Below, one piece after another: positions 18,664-29,844 of a stretch of DNA of 64,000 nucleotides. Numbering within the stretch: the stretch's first letter is position 1; every line of letters starts with the position of its first letter. The notes under the pieces were generated by a model. It searched no databases, was not told the origin of the DNA, and saw nothing but the letters and a program-made list of their open reading frames with translations. This DNA is from Candidatus Eremiobacteria bacterium (GTDB taxonomy: Bacteria > Vulcanimicrobiota > Vulcanimicrobiia > Vulcanimicrobiales > Vulcanimicrobiaceae), in assembly GCA_963737065.1 (NCBI GenBank), contig CAVTRC010000001.1:1280001-1344000 (forward strand), written 5' to 3'. The position numbers were made by a program, and so were the translations under genes.

Positions 18664-20553
18664 ATGCTTCCGATTGCCTTGCGCTGTAATGGCCGCCGCG
18701 CGCTTCTCGTTGGTGGTGGAGACGTTGCCCTGCGCAAAGCGGAAACGCTTCTAGAAGCCGGCTTGATCCTTTACGTCGTCGCTCCGGACATCGACGTGCG
18801 CTTGCGCGCGCTCGTTGACGCGCGCAGCGGCCGGTGCATCGAGCGCCGCTATGCCGCCGGCGATATCGAAGGAGCCGATCTCGTAATCGCGGCGACGGAT
18901 GACGATGCGGTCAACGCGGCAGTGATCGACGATGCACGTGCAGCACGCGTCTTAGCATGCGACGCAAGCGATGCACGTCGCGGCGACTTCACGATGCAAG
19001 CGACGGTTCGCGTCGGCGATTTGACCTTCAGCATCGATTCAGGCGGCAGCACGCCGGCATTTGCAATGCGTCTGGCGCATGAAGTGAGCGAGCGTTTTGG
19101 AGCGCAGTACGGCGGTGCCGCACGAACGCTCGCGCGCATGCGCGTGTATGCCCGCACGGTCTTGAATCGCGACGAACGGGCCGCCGTTATGCGCCGGATG
19201 GCGGAACGCCCGATCGACGAACTCGCGAAGATGAATCCGGCCGAGGCGGAGCACGAGGTCGAAGAAATGGTTGCGCGCATTCGCACCATCGGTGGGCGCA
19301 GCGAAACGCAAGCGTTCGTGTGTGCGACCCGCGGCAGCGCGCTCGCGATCACGCAAAGCCGTTACGTCGCCGCACGTCTCGCCGAACACGGTGTTGCTTC
19401 CACGATGCTCAACGTGACGACGACGGGCGATCGCGTCCAAGACCGTCCGGTCGCCGCGATCGGCAGCGTGAACGTTTGGGTGAAGGAACTCGAACTTGCA
19501 TTGCGTGACGGACGCGCACACTACGCGGTTCATTCATGCAAAGACCTTCCCGCCGTGTTGCCGCCCGATATGGCGCTTGCCGCGATCTCACGACGCGAAG
19601 ATGCGCGCGATGCCTTTTGCAGCGAACGATTCGAGCGCTTCGAAGAGTTGCCCAGTGGAGCTGTCGTTGGAACGTCGAGCCTGCGCCGCCGCGCGTTTCT
19701 GCAAGCGCAACGTCCCGATCTTCGGTACGAGGACGTGCGAGGTAACGTCGACACCCGCTTGCGAAAGCTGCGCGAAGGAAAGTACGACGCAATCGTCTTG
19801 GCGATGGCCGGTCTGAACCGGCTCGACGCGCGCGCAACGCATACGGTACCATTCGAGCCGGATTCGATCGTGCCGGCCGTCGGACAAGGTGCGCTTGCCG
19901 TTGAAACGCTCGCGGAGAAGGGCGATGTGGCGGCCAGTCTTCACGAGGCGATCAATGATGAGCGGACGGAGATTTGCGTGACGGCCGAACGCGCCGCGTT
20001 ACGGGAATTGCGCGCGGGGTGCAATGCACCGCTCGGCATTCACGCTCGTGTCGTGGACGAGCGTTTGACGGTGAACAGCGCATACGCGGTGATGGGACGC
20101 AACGTTGTTCTTCGCGAAAGCGTCGCTACGGACGTCAATCTGCGAGCTGCGCGCGACGCGGGCATCGAGCTCGCGAAGAAGTTGACCGCCGCACTCGAGC
20201 GGGAGCGTCCAAAGCTCGTCGTACTGCCGCGCACGCAACACCATCCAAGCCGCATCGCCGCCGAGTTACGCGCTCGCGGCATGGAAGTCGTTGAACTGCG
20301 CGACGGCGAGCCGGGTCCCGACCCGGACGATCGCGTTCCCGACCTGCTCATCTTTCCGTCGAGCGGTTCCGTCGACGCAGCCCGCACGTACCTGCAAGCC
20401 TTGCGCCGCTACGAGCGACGGCCGCGCGTTGCGGCAATGGGCCCGCAATCCGGCGCGGCTGCGCGTGACGCGGGCTTCGAACCGGACATCATCTCGGGCG
20501 AAGCGTCGATCGACGCATTCGTCGCCATGATCGCGGAGCAACTGGATCGATGA
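18664..20553 (+). CDS. hemC: Fusion: precorrin-2 dehydrogenase (SirC/CysG-N) + porphobilinogen deaminase HemC + HemD-like half domain
   Basis: [58 protein letters not shown] (cofactor Cys); C-terminal IFPSSGSV...AAMGPQSG. Confidence 0.88.
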   Translation: MLPIALRCNGRRALLVGGGDVALRKAETLLEAGLILYVVAPDIDVRLRALVDARSGRCIERRYAAGDIEGADLVIAATDDDAVNAAVIDDARAARVLACDASDARRGDFTMQATVRVGDLTFSIDSGGSTPAFAMRLAHEVSERFGAQYGGAARTLARMRVYARTVLNRDERAAVMRRMAERPIDELAKMNPAEAEHEVEEMVARIRTIGGRSETQAFVCATRGSALAITQSRYVAARLAEHGVASTMLNVTTTGDRVQDRPVAAIGSVNVWVKELELALRDGRAHYAVHSCKDLPAVLPPDMALAAISRREDARDAFCSERFERFEELPSGAVVGTSSLRRRAFLQAQRPDLRYEDVRGNVDTRLRKLREGKYDAIVLAMAGLNRLDARATHTVPFEPDSIVPAVGQGALAVETLAEKGDVAASLHEAINDERTEICVTAERAALRELRAGCNAPLGIHARVVDERLTVNSAYAVMGRNVVLRESVATDVNLRAARDAGIELAKKLTAALERERPKLVVLPRTQHHPSRIAAELRARGMEVVELRDGEPGPDPDDRVPDLLIFPSSGSVDAARTYLQALRRYERRPRVAAMGPQSGAAARDAGFEPDIISGEASIDAFVAMIAEQLDR

Positions 20554-21521
20554 ATATCCGCCCGCGCCGTTTGCGGCGCACGTCCGTCGTCCGCTCGCTC
20601 GTGCGCGAACATCACGTGCGCGTCGATCGTCTCGTGCAGCCGCTCTTCGTCGTTGCGCGGGCGTCCGACGCCGGCGCAATTTCTTCGATGCCCGGGGTAT
20701 CGCGTCTAACGGTGGATCAAGCCGTCGACGAAGCGCGCGAACTGTTCGCTCTCGGCGTCCGCAGCGTGCTGCTTTTCGGCATTCCGGAGTTCAAAGACGC
20801 GCTCGCGTCGAGCAATTACGATCCCAACGGCGTCGTGCAACAGGCGATTCGGGCGCTCAAAACAGCGCTGCCCGAGATATACGTGATTGCCGATCTCTGC
20901 AACTGCGAGTATACGGATCACGGGCATTGCGGCATCGTTGACGAGCGGGGCGGCATCGACAATGATGCGACCGTTGCATTGCTCGTGCGAACCGCGCTCA
21001 CATATGCGGAAGCCGGCGTCGACGTCGTCGCCCCCTCGGACATGATGGACGGCCGCGTCGAAGCGGTCCGCAGCGCGCTCGACGCGCGATCGTTCGAAGA
21101 CGTGTCGATCATGGCGTACAGCGCAAAATACGCATCCGCATTCTACGGTCCGTTTCGTGAAGCGGCTGACTCGGCGCCGCAGTTCGGCGACCGCCGCACG
21201 TATCAAATGGATCCACCGAACGCGCGCGAAGCGCTGCGCGAAATGGCGCTGGATATCGAAGAAGGCGCCGATTTTATCATGGTCAAGCCCGGCCTCGCGT
21301 ATCTCGACATCGTGCGCGCCGCGCGGGACAATTTCGACGTGCCGATCGCCGTTTATAACGTAAGCGGCGAATATGCGATGGTGCAGGCGGCGATCGCGAA
21401 CGGTTGGCTCGAAGGCGATCGCACCGTCGATGAACTTCTCGTTTCGTTCGTGCGAGCGGGTGCGGACGTCATCATCACATACTTTGCAAAGGAGTATGCG
21501 CGACGTCATGCGGGCGGCTGA
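20550..21521 (+). CDS. hemB: Porphobilinogen synthase (Zn-type)
   Basis: [45 protein letters not shown]. Confidence 0.96.
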   Translation: MNIRPRRLRRTSVVRSLVREHHVRVDRLVQPLFVVARASDAGAISSMPGVSRLTVDQAVDEARELFALGVRSVLLFGIPEFKDALASSNYDPNGVVQQAIRALKTALPEIYVIADLCNCEYTDHGHCGIVDERGGIDNDATVALLVRTALTYAEAGVDVVAPSDMMDGRVEAVRSALDARSFEDVSIMAYSAKYASAFYGPFREAADSAPQFGDRRTYQMDPPNAREALREMALDIEEGADFIMVKPGLAYLDIVRAARDNFDVPIAVYNVSGEYAMVQAAIANGWLEGDRTVDELLVSFVRAGADVIITYFAKEYARRHAGG

Positions 21522-22071
21522 TGTAACGACGGTTATCCTTGCCGGTGGCCGCGCGACGCGCCTCCCCGGGAAGCTCGAACGTCTGATCGCGGGCGAACCG
21601 CTGCTTGCGCGTGTATATCGCAACGTGCGCGACGCGGCGCCCGTCGTCATCGCGGGTGCGGGAACGTTTGCGCCGCAGCTCGATGCCGTGCTCGACTGCC
21701 CGCTCATCATCGATCGTTGGCCCGGACGCGGACCGCTCGGGGGATTGGTTTCGACGTGCGGCGAGATTCCGACGCCGTGGATTTTTGCGCTCGCGGGTGA
21801 CGCGCCTAATGTCACGCCGCGCGTGTTGGAAGCGCTGCTCGCCGCCCGCCGAGAGAACGACGAAGCGGTCGTGAGCGAGCACGACGGACGCGCAGAGCCT
21901 CTTGCATCGCTCTACCGCCGCGACGCGCTCAAGCGCGAAGGTCGCGCAGTGTTGCACGAGGACAAACCCTCGATGCACGCGCTACTCCGTCGCCTCCACG
22001 TACGGCGCGTACCATTGCCGGCCAGTCTCTTTCTCAATATCAATACCCCCGTCGATTTAGGGAGACTCTGA
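21508..22071 (+). CDS. mobA: Molybdenum cofactor guanylyltransferase
   Basis: [18 protein letters not shown]-terminal FLNINTP. Confidence 0.85.
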   Translation: MRAADVTTVILAGGRATRLPGKLERLIAGEPLLARVYRNVRDAAPVVIAGAGTFAPQLDAVLDCPLIIDRWPGRGPLGGLVSTCGEIPTPWIFALAGDAPNVTPRVLEALLAARRENDEAVVSEHDGRAEPLASLYRRDALKREGRAVLHEDKPSMHALLRRLHVRRVPLPASLFLNINTPVDLGRL

Positions 22072-22101
22072 AGACGTGGCACGTCGCCTCGAAGGTACGT
22101 C

Positions 22102-23409
22102 GTGAAGTTCGAACGTTCGATTTCCGCTTTTGCTCGCGCGAAAAACGTCATTCCAGGCGGCGTGAACTCGTCCGTGCGCGCGTTCAAAGCGGTCGGCGGT
22201 TCGCCTGTCTTCATGAAGGGCGGAGCCGGTGCCATGATGACGGACATCGATGATAACGAATTCATCGATTACGTGCTCTCGTGGGGGCCGCTCATTCTCG
22301 GACACACGCATCCGGCCGTCGTTAAAGCGATTCAAAGCGCCGCTGCGCGCGGCAGTTCGTTCGGTACACCGACGGAAGCCGAGAGCGAACTTGCCGAGCT
22401 GATCGTCGCGATGGTTCCGAGCATCGAGCGCGTTCGCTTCACATCAAGCGGAACCGAAGCAACGATGAATGCCGTTCGCCTCGCGCGCGGCTTTACGCGC
22501 CGCGAACGGATCGTCAAATTCGCGGGTTGTTATCACGGTGCCGCCGACGCATTTCTCATTGCTGCCGGATCCAGTGCCTTGACGCTCGGCGTTCCGAATT
22601 CGCCCGGCATTCCGAAGAGCACCGCATCGGAGACGATCGTCGTTCCCTACAACGACCCCGAAGCGCTCGCTGCCGCCTTCGAACGATACGGCAGCGAAAT
22701 TGCGGGAGTCATCATCGAGCCGTACGTCGGTAATATGGGCCTCGTTTTACCGGACGACGGCTACTTGCAGCGCGTCCGCGATCTCTGCACGCAATACCAC
22801 GCCGTGTTGATTTTCGATGAAGTGATGACCGGATTTCGCGTCGCGCGCGGCGGCGCGCAAGAACGCAGCGGCATCATGCCCGACCTCACGACGCTCGGCA
22901 AAGTCATCGGCGGCGGTCTGCCGGTCGGTGCGTTCGGCGGACCCGCAGAGATCATGAACTATCTCACCCCGGACGGTCCGGTCTTTCACGCAGGAACGCT
23001 TTCCGGAAATCCGCTTGCGATGGCGGCTGGAGTCGCGACGCTGAAGTTCGTCCGCGACGACACTACGCTCTACGAACGGCTGCAGGTTCTGACGCGGCTG
23101 CTGGCCGACGGCCTGCACGAGATTTTCTCCAAGCACGCCGTCCCACACACCACGGCGTACGCGGGTTCGATGTTCGGCTTTTTCTTCACGGACGGCCCCG
23201 TTCGTGATATGGAGAGCGCCATGAAGTCAGATACGGCACTCTACGCGAAGTACTTCCATGCAATGCTGGAACGCGGCGTGTATCTCGCTCCCTCGCAGTT
23301 CGAAGCCGGCTTCATCTCGAGCGCCCATACGACGCGCGACATCGAGCGTACGCTTGCTGCCGCCGACTCGAGCCTCTCCGAGATTCGCGCACGCGTGGGC
23401 TCGGCGTAG
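22102..23409 (+). CDS. hemL: Glutamate-1-semialdehyde 2,1-aminomutase
   Basis: PGGVNSSVRAF, SGTEATM, FDEVMTGFR, GKVIGGGLP, GTLSGNP, PSQFE. Confidence 0.96.
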   Translation: MKFERSISAFARAKNVIPGGVNSSVRAFKAVGGSPVFMKGGAGAMMTDIDDNEFIDYVLSWGPLILGHTHPAVVKAIQSAAARGSSFGTPTEAESELAELIVAMVPSIERVRFTSSGTEATMNAVRLARGFTRRERIVKFAGCYHGAADAFLIAAGSSALTLGVPNSPGIPKSTASETIVVPYNDPEALAAAFERYGSEIAGVIIEPYVGNMGLVLPDDGYLQRVRDLCTQYHAVLIFDEVMTGFRVARGGAQERSGIMPDLTTLGKVIGGGLPVGAFGGPAEIMNYLTPDGPVFHAGTLSGNPLAMAAGVATLKFVRDDTTLYERLQVLTRLLADGLHEIFSKHAVPHTTAYAGSMFGFFFTDGPVRDMESAMKSDTALYAKYFHAMLERGVYLAPSQFEAGFISSAHTTRDIERTLAAADSSLSEIRARVGSA

Positions 23410-23424
23410 GGTCCAGGCGCCCTT

Positions 23425-24066
23425 ATGATCGATCCGGCGATCCCGCGCCTCTACGCATACCGTCGCGCGCTCTGCGAAGCGCAAGCGGTGGGCAAGACCA
23501 CGATCACCTCACACGGGCTCGCCGCAACGCTGGGTCACGCCATTTCCAGCACGCAGATACGCAAGGACCTCTCGACGCTCGGCGCGCTCGGCCGTCGCGG
23601 CCAAGGATATGCGATCGACCCGCTCGTCGAGCAGCTCGCGTGGGTTCTCGGATTGGAACAGGATTGGCGTGTCGCGATCGTCGGGTTCGGCTACTTAGGT
23701 CATGCGCTTGCAACGTTCATCACGTCGCGAGAATCCCGGTTCAAGATCGCGGCGATCTTCGACCGCGCGACGGACGTCATCGGAACGGCGTGGCAGGGTA
23801 TCGTGGTCTCAGACATTACGCACATGGAACGGATCGTGCAGGACGCCGGCTGCAACATCGGCGTGATCGCTGTCCCCGCTGCCGCCGCGCAAGCGAGCGG
23901 GCAGCGTTTGGCATCCGCCGGCGTGCGCGCGATTTTGAACTTCGCGCCCGCGTCGCTCCATTTGCGCGCGCCGGTCATCGTCCGCAATATCGATCTCGCC
24001 GGTGAAATGTCGATCCTCACGCATTGGTTGACCGCGATCGATGCCGTCGACGAGGCGCAAGCGTAA
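23425..24066 (+). CDS. rex: Redox-sensing transcriptional repressor Rex
   Basis: RLYAYRRAL, QIRKDLSTLG..GRRGQGY, Rossmann GFGYLG, ILNFAP. Confidence 0.9.
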   Translation: MIDPAIPRLYAYRRALCEAQAVGKTTITSHGLAATLGHAISSTQIRKDLSTLGALGRRGQGYAIDPLVEQLAWVLGLEQDWRVAIVGFGYLGHALATFITSRESRFKIAAIFDRATDVIGTAWQGIVVSDITHMERIVQDAGCNIGVIAVPAAAAQASGQRLASAGVRAILNFAPASLHLRAPVIVRNIDLAGEMSILTHWLTAIDAVDEAQA

Positions 24067-25406
24067 TGCCGTTAGTGTGCATGGGACTCTCGCACCACAC
24101 GGCGCCCATCGAAGTGCGCGAGCATCACGCGTTTCCTGCGTCGCGCGTGGTCGAAGCGTTGACGGCGCTGCTCGATTACGAAGCGGTGAAAGAAGCGGTG
24201 ATGCTTCAAACGTGCGGGCGCCTTGAAATTTATGCCGAGATCGACGACTATGAGCCCGGCGTCGCGCAACTGCGCAGCTTTTTGAGCAACTTCGGTCACG
24301 GCTCCGCGCGCGAGCGCTACGACCTGGATTCGTATCTCTACACGCTCCTCGGACGCCAGGCGGTCGAACATCTCTTCCGCGTCGCAACCGGCCTCGATTC
24401 GATGCTGATCGGTGAAGCGGAGATCCTCGGGCAAGTCAAAGACGCATACATCGACGCGCAGAAAGCAAAGTCGCTCCGCCGCACGTTACATCGCCTGTTC
24501 CGCGAAGCGCTCAACGCGGGCAAACATGCCCGCACGCAAACCTCCATCGGCGAGGAATCAAGTTCGATCGCGACCGCGGCAATTGAGGCGGCGAAAGCGC
24601 GACTCGGCGTGCTGGACGGAAAATCGGTCGTCGTAATCGGCGCCGGAAAGATGGGGCGCACGGCGGTGCGGCGCTTGCGTCAAGAAGGCGCCGATCACCT
24701 GATCGTCACGAACCGCAGCATATCGCGCGCGCAAGAACTCATTGCCGAAGTCGGCTTCGGTGAAGCGGTTGAGATGCCGGGCCTCGTCGATGCGCTCGCT
24801 GCGGCCGATATCGTCGTCACGTCGACCGGCGCGTCGCATTTCGTCGTGACGCACGACCATGTCGTGCGCGCCATGGAGCGCCGTCCCGATCGCCCGCTCT
24901 TTATCATCGACATCGCGGTACCGCGTGACGCAGATCCCGACCTCGCAACCATCGCGAACGTCGCGCTCATCGACATCGACGGGTTGAAAACCGTCGTCGA
25001 CGAGAAGATGGACGTGCGACGCGAAGCCATTCCGGCCGTTGAAGAGATCATCGCCGAGTTCATCGATCGTTTCAGCGCGTGGTACGGGTCGCGACTCGCC
25101 GTGCCGGTCATTGCATCGCTGACGCAAAAAGCCGAGGCGATTCGCCTCAGGGAGCTCGAACGCGTCTTCTCGCGCTGTCCCGACTTGAGCGAGCGTGAAA
25201 AGATGCTCGTCACCGGCATGTCGATGACGATCGTTTCGAGACTCTTGCATTCCGTCGTCACGAAGATCCGCGAGAAGGCCACGAGTAATCACGCCGAAGC
25301 GCTGATGCATGCGCGCATGCTCGACGAACTCTTCGAGCTCGACCTCGCCGAACGTATTTCCGAACTGATGCCGCATCCGCGACTCGCGGACGCCGGCGAT
25401 GAATAG
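24066..25406 (+). CDS. hemA: Glutamyl-tRNA reductase
   Basis: GLSHHTAP, TCGRLE, GLDSMLIGEAEILGQVK, IGAGKMG, DIAVPRD. Confidence 0.95.
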   Translation: MPLVCMGLSHHTAPIEVREHHAFPASRVVEALTALLDYEAVKEAVMLQTCGRLEIYAEIDDYEPGVAQLRSFLSNFGHGSARERYDLDSYLYTLLGRQAVEHLFRVATGLDSMLIGEAEILGQVKDAYIDAQKAKSLRRTLHRLFREALNAGKHARTQTSIGEESSSIATAAIEAAKARLGVLDGKSVVVIGAGKMGRTAVRRLRQEGADHLIVTNRSISRAQELIAEVGFGEAVEMPGLVDALAAADIVVTSTGASHFVVTHDHVVRAMERRPDRPLFIIDIAVPRDADPDLATIANVALIDIDGLKTVVDEKMDVRREAIPAVEEIIAEFIDRFSAWYGSRLAVPVIASLTQKAEAIRLRELERVFSRCPDLSEREKMLVTGMSMTIVSRLLHSVVTKIREKATSNHAEALMHARMLDELFELDLAERISELMPHPRLADAGDE

Positions 25407-26917
25407 CGGAACCGTCTCGCTCGTCGGCGCGGGACCCGGTGATCCCGGCCTTTTGACTCTCCGAGCCGCGGCTGCGTTGCAGCGCGCGGACGTGCTTCTC
25501 TACGATGCGCTCGCAAGCGACGCAGTCGTCGCGATGGTGCCTGCGTCGTGCGAATGCATCTTTGTCGGCAAACGCGGAGCGAATCACGCGATGCCGCAGA
25601 GCGAGATCGAAGCGCTGATGATGCGAAAAGCGCGCCAAGGAAAGACCGTCGTGCGACTCAAGGGCGGCGACCCGTTCGTGTTCGGTCGCGGCGGTGAAGA
25701 GGCGCAGACGCTGCGCGAAGCGGGCATTCCGTTTGAGATCGTGCCGGGCATCACGTCGGCGATTGCCGCGCCCGCGTATGCCGGTATTCCGGTGACGCAC
25801 CGCGAGTTCAACACCGCGTTCACGGTGCTCACCGGACATGAAGATCCGGCCAAATCCTCATCGACGATCGACTGGGCGAAACTCGCCGATCCGCATCGCA
25901 CGCTCGTACTTCTGATGGCGATGGGAAATCTCGACACGATCGCCCACACATTAGTGGATCACGGGCTGAGTACGGAAACGCCGGTCGCCGTCATCCAAGA
26001 CGGCACACGACCGACGCAACGAACCGCGGTCGGGACGCTGTCCACGATCGCAGACGTCGCGCGTACCGGCGGACTGGAAGCGCCGGCAATCGTCGTCGTC
26101 GGCGACGTCGTAACGTTGCGCGACGAACTTCGGTGGTTCGATCGGACGCCGCTCTTCGGCAAGCGGGTGTTGGTCACGCGTCCCGCGCATCAGGCAGAAC
26201 AATTCGCGAACGCACTCTATGCACGCGGCGTAGAGCCGATTCTCGCGTCGACGATTGCGATCGTCCCGCCCGACGACATTCATGCCGCGCATCGCGAGAT
26301 CGACCGGCTGGCGGAATACGCATGGCTCGTCTTCACTTCACAGAACGGCGTCGATGCATTTTTCGACCGTCTGAATTCGCTTGATGCCGACGCGCGCTAC
26401 ATCGGAAAAACGAGAGTCGCTGCGATCGGGGAAAAGACCGCCGAGCGGCTGCGCGAGAACGGTGTTCGCGCCGACATCATCCCGGCTGCGTATATCAGCG
26501 AAGAGGTCGCGCGAACGTTGATCGAGGCGACGAACGACGGCGATCGGATTTTGATCTACCGCGCGCAAGAAGCGCGCGACGTTCTTCCCGAGATGCTCGA
26601 AGACGCCGGCCGCGTGCCAACCGTCGTCGCAACGTATAAAACCGTGTTCGACGCGGATCCGCAGTTTGCCGAGAAAGTCGCGCGCGCCGATATTTTGACA
26701 TTTACGAGCGCGAGCACGGTTCGAGGGTTCGTCGAACTGCTCGGCAGCGAAGTGGCCGCCATCGCGGCCGCGCACAGGCAAGCTCATCGCGTGTATCGGA
26801 CCAATCACGGCCGAGGCAGCAGAGAGCGCGGGGCTGCATGTCGACGTGGTCGCCGACGTTTATACGACCGAAGGACTGCTCGACGCACTCGAAGCGCACC
26901 TTACGCTCTTTGCATGA
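25399..26917 (+). CDS. cobA: Uroporphyrinogen-III C-methyltransferase/synthase fusion (CobA-HemD), +1 frameshift near 26777
   Basis: VGAGPGDPGLLT, RLKGGDPFVFGRGGEE, PLFGKRVLVTR, FTSQNGV, FTSASTV; HemD tail IACIGPITAEAA...EGLLDAL continues in the +1 frame to TGA at 26915-26917. Confidence 0.9.
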
Positions 26918-26945
26918 GCGCGTCTCGGACACGCACCGGCATCAC

Positions 26946-27713
26946 GTGCAAGCGCTGATCGGGATTGCACTCGCCGCCGTCGTCGCATACGCGGCTCATC
27001 GGGCGCGTGCGCTTACGTTCAGCGGCGCGATTGCAGCGCTCGTCATCGGTGCAATCACGTTCGGCATCGGAGGATGGCAAGCCGCAGTTACCGTTTTCTC
27101 GTTCTTCATTCCATCCACGATCTTGTCGCGCGTCGGAAAGCGCCGCAAACGTGAATTCGTCGACGTCGGCAAACAAGGCGCACGTGACGCTTGGCAAGTC
27201 GCGGCAAACGGCGGGATAGCCGCGCTCGCGATGCTCTTTGCGCCGCGCTTCGGCGGTATCATGCTCGCAGCGTTCGCCGGTGCATTCGCCGCCGCATCAG
27301 CCGATACGTGGGGCACGGAAATCGGCACTCTGGCACGCGCAACGCCACGTTCGATACGTACGCTCAAACCCGTACCAACGGGCCTGTCGGGGGGCATAAC
27401 TGCGCAGGGAACGATTGCGGAATGTGCGGGCGCGCTTTTCGTCGGCGGCGTGGCTGCAGCGCTGCACGTCGCGCCGCTTCTCCCGGTCGCGGTTGGCGGC
27501 ATCGCGGGCGCCTTTCTCGATTCCGTACTCGGCGCAACGGCACAGTCGTTGCGGTACTGTGGGCGATGTGGGCGCGAATGCGAGACGAATCCCCACGCGT
27601 GTGGAACGCCGACGGCGCTGCGCCGCGGGTTCGAGTGGTTCGAAAACGACGCCGTCAATTTCGCCGCGACGCTGTGCGGCGCCGTCGTCGCAATCGTGCT
27701 GACGCGAGCGTGA
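26946..27713 (+). CDS. DUF92 (TMEM19-like) membrane protein
   Basis: RDAWQVAANGG, ADTWGTEIG, GLSGGIT..G, DSVLGATAQ, NDAVNF. Start uncertain. Confidence 0.85.
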   Translation: MQALIGIALAAVVAYAAHRARALTFSGAIAALVIGAITFGIGGWQAAVTVFSFFIPSTILSRVGKRRKREFVDVGKQGARDAWQVAANGGIAALAMLFAPRFGGIMLAAFAGAFAAASADTWGTEIGTLARATPRSIRTLKPVPTGLSGGITAQGTIAECAGALFVGGVAAALHVAPLLPVAVGGIAGAFLDSVLGATAQSLRYCGRCGRECETNPHACGTPTALRRGFEWFENDAVNFAATLCGAVVAIVLTRA

Positions 27714-27718
27714 AATCC

Positions 27719-28290
27719 TTACCGGCGAACCGATTCGACGATCAAAAACCACGGCCGCGTTGCGAGCCGCTGCTCGTGCGCCGACGCACCGTGCGCCGCG
27801 GGTAATTGCGGTTCGATGAGCCGCCGCAGCGAAAAGTTTGCCGCAACGAGTTCGTTGATTATCGCGTCCAGCACGTGCTGTGTTTTGAAGTAAACCTCCA
27901 CGAGCGGGCCGGTCATTGCGGGGTGATGTACTGACATGACGAAGCGCCCACCGGGAACGTGAGCGAACACACAATGAGATCGACGCTCGCGTCGTCCATC
28001 CATCATAGCGGCTCGGCCAAGTCATGGCGCCGGGCGTAGACGTTGCGTAGTTGCTTCGCATCGACGATCGCGATCATCTGCGCGCTTGCGTCCAGGGCGG
28101 TGACCGCTGCAGCGGTTGCGAAAGCAGCGGCGTAATAGCCCGCAGCGCATCCCGCGTCGATGATCCGCAGGCCGGCGACGTCGCCGATCGCGTGTAGCAT
28201 CGCCGGCCGTTCGTACCCGGCATTGTACAAACTCGCATCAGCGTGACGCGCGTACGTGCGAGCGTCCGCCTCATAGAGCGGATTACGTGC
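27719..28290 (-). pseudogene. Class I SAM methyltransferase, disrupted by a frameshift and an internal deletion
   Basis: YERPAM...IIDAGCAAG...HDLAEPL, then MMDDASVDLIVCSLT in another frame, then PGGRFVMSVHHP in a third; no clear start. Confidence 0.65.
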
Positions 28291-28531
28291 CGTACTTCTT
28301 CTCCAAGTAATCGATGATCGCGTCATCGTCGTCGGCAATTTTTACCTCGCCGTCCGTCATCGACGGAATGCCCGTTACACCGAAAATGTCGTTGACAACG
28401 GTTCGCTTCGAGTGCTCGTGCGGCACGTTGACGACTTTATAGTCGAGCAGCAAATCGGTCATCGCGCTGCGCACGCGCGCGCAGTAGGGGCACCATTCGG
28501 CTTGGTAGAGGACGATGTTGGTGTCGATCAT
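28283..28531 (-). CDS. Glutaredoxin-like protein
   Basis: LYQAEWCPYC...GVTGIPSMTD; AGGAG RBS before ATG at 28531. Confidence 0.85.
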   Translation of the reverse strand: MIDTNIVLYQAEWCPYCARVRSAMTDLLLDYKVVNVPHEHSKRTVVNDIFGVTGIPSMTDGEVKIADDDDAIIDYLEKKYGT

Positions 28532-28579
28532 GACTCTCCTGGTCACCCGAAGGCCGGGTAAGGCGTTTAGCAAATTACG

Positions 28580-29281
28580 ATGGATATGGGCGCCACGTGG
28601 GGGCCGGACCGGTTGCTCTATCGGGCGATAGTGCTCTCGCTCGCGCTGCATCTGCTCGTTGCGCTGTTCATTCCCGCGCTCGCGACGTTTCAAGGAAACG
28701 GCCCATCGATCGAAACGATTTCGTTCGTGCGGGTTATCCATATAAGCGTCCTGCCGCAGCGTCCGGTTGCGCACGAAAGGCCCGCTGCGGCACCCGTTAA
28801 AGCGCCCGCACCGCAAATTCAACCACAACATCGCGCGACGGCCCGACCCGCGGAACGCGCGCCTGCGCCCGCACCCATAAGCCGTGCGCCGGTCAGCGCG
28901 GTGGAACCGCGCAAGGGAAGTGCGGTCGCGCAGGTCCAGTCGACTGCGCCACCCGCCGCGGTTACGGCAACGCCGCAGGCAGCAAACGTTGCAAGCAATG
29001 AAACGGAAGAACACACCGGCGGCTACATGCCGCTCGGGGCCGAAGAGCCGGCTCCCGTGCTCGATCCGGCGATCCGAAAATCACTCGCAGCGCTGGGCAT
29101 TCACACGACGCTCACGATCGACGTCGACGCGAACGGAAAGACGACAAACGTGACGTTCTCGCCGCCGGTCGACACGAACATCGAGAATCAAATTCGAACG
29201 ATGCTCGCAAGCGCGCATTGGGATCCGGCAATCTGCGGCGCCGGCGTCGCGTGCGAAGCGCAAACGACGATCAAGCTGTAG
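28580..29281 (+). CDS. TonB-like membrane-anchored Pro-rich protein
   Basis: TM helix with SxxxH (SLALH), Pro/Ala-rich linker, compact C-terminal domain. Confidence 0.55.
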   Translation: MDMGATWGPDRLLYRAIVLSLALHLLVALFIPALATFQGNGPSIETISFVRVIHISVLPQRPVAHERPAAAPVKAPAPQIQPQHRATARPAERAPAPAPISRAPVSAVEPRKGSAVAQVQSTAPPAAVTATPQAANVASNETEEHTGGYMPLGAEEPAPVLDPAIRKSLAALGIHTTLTIDVDANGKTTNVTFSPPVDTNIENQIRTMLASAHWDPAICGAGVACEAQTTIKL

Positions 29282-29295
29282 CGCAGCCTCGCGCA

Positions 29296-29844
29296 TCACG
29301 CCCTCGCGTAGATTTGACAAGCCGCCGACCCGCCCAAACGGAAAAATCCCAAGTCGCCGAATCCGATGCGCTGCCCTTCGTCGTGCCCCGCAACGAAAAG
29401 GAGCACGCGTCCTTCAATCGCGCGCAATTCGCGGCGCATGAAGCGCAATTCGCGGATGCGGGAACGGTCCTTTGCCAGTTGCGCCGCAACGAGTGTGAGC
29501 GGCTTGCGGCCGTAATCTCCCGCGACTTCAAGCAAGCCACGACGGTCGAACGGGCGCAGCGGCGCAAGCGGAAGATAACGGTCGTGTACGTCGTGTGGCG
29601 TAAAGCGATCGCGCCAGAACAACGCTTGTCCACCGCGATATGCCCATCCGCAGTCGAAGCGCGTTGCGACCGCGAGCGCATCTCCGGCGTCGATGCCGTG
29701 TATTGCGAAAAATGACGGCCGTGCGCCGGCGATGCGCTCGGCGAAGCGCCGAGTAGTGCCCACGCGGCGCGATTCATTCGCGAGGGAGAGGCAGAGCGGC
29801 CAGTCGATGAACTTTACAGAATCGATTTCCCTAAGCCCGAACAA
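29296..29844 (-). CDS. Hypothetical protein (possibly a degenerate endonuclease/exonuclease/phosphatase fold)
   Basis: ORF continuing the arginase operon; only weak family resemblance; start uncertain. Confidence 0.45.
   Translation of the reverse strand: MFGLREIDSVKFIDWPLCLSLANESRRVGTTRRFAERIAGARPSFFAIHGIDAGDALAVATRFDCGWAYRGGQALFWRDRFTPHDVHDRYLPLAPLRPFDRRGLLEVAGDYGRKPLTLVAAQLAKDRSRIRELRFMRRELRAIEGRVLLFVAGHDEGQRIGFGDLGFFRLGGSAACQIYARA

Noticed and set aside
1750..26780. Programmed frameshifting in the polyprenyl synthase, resB or cobA-hemD genes
   Set aside because: No slippery heptamers or stimulatory structures seen; sequencing error is the simpler explanation.
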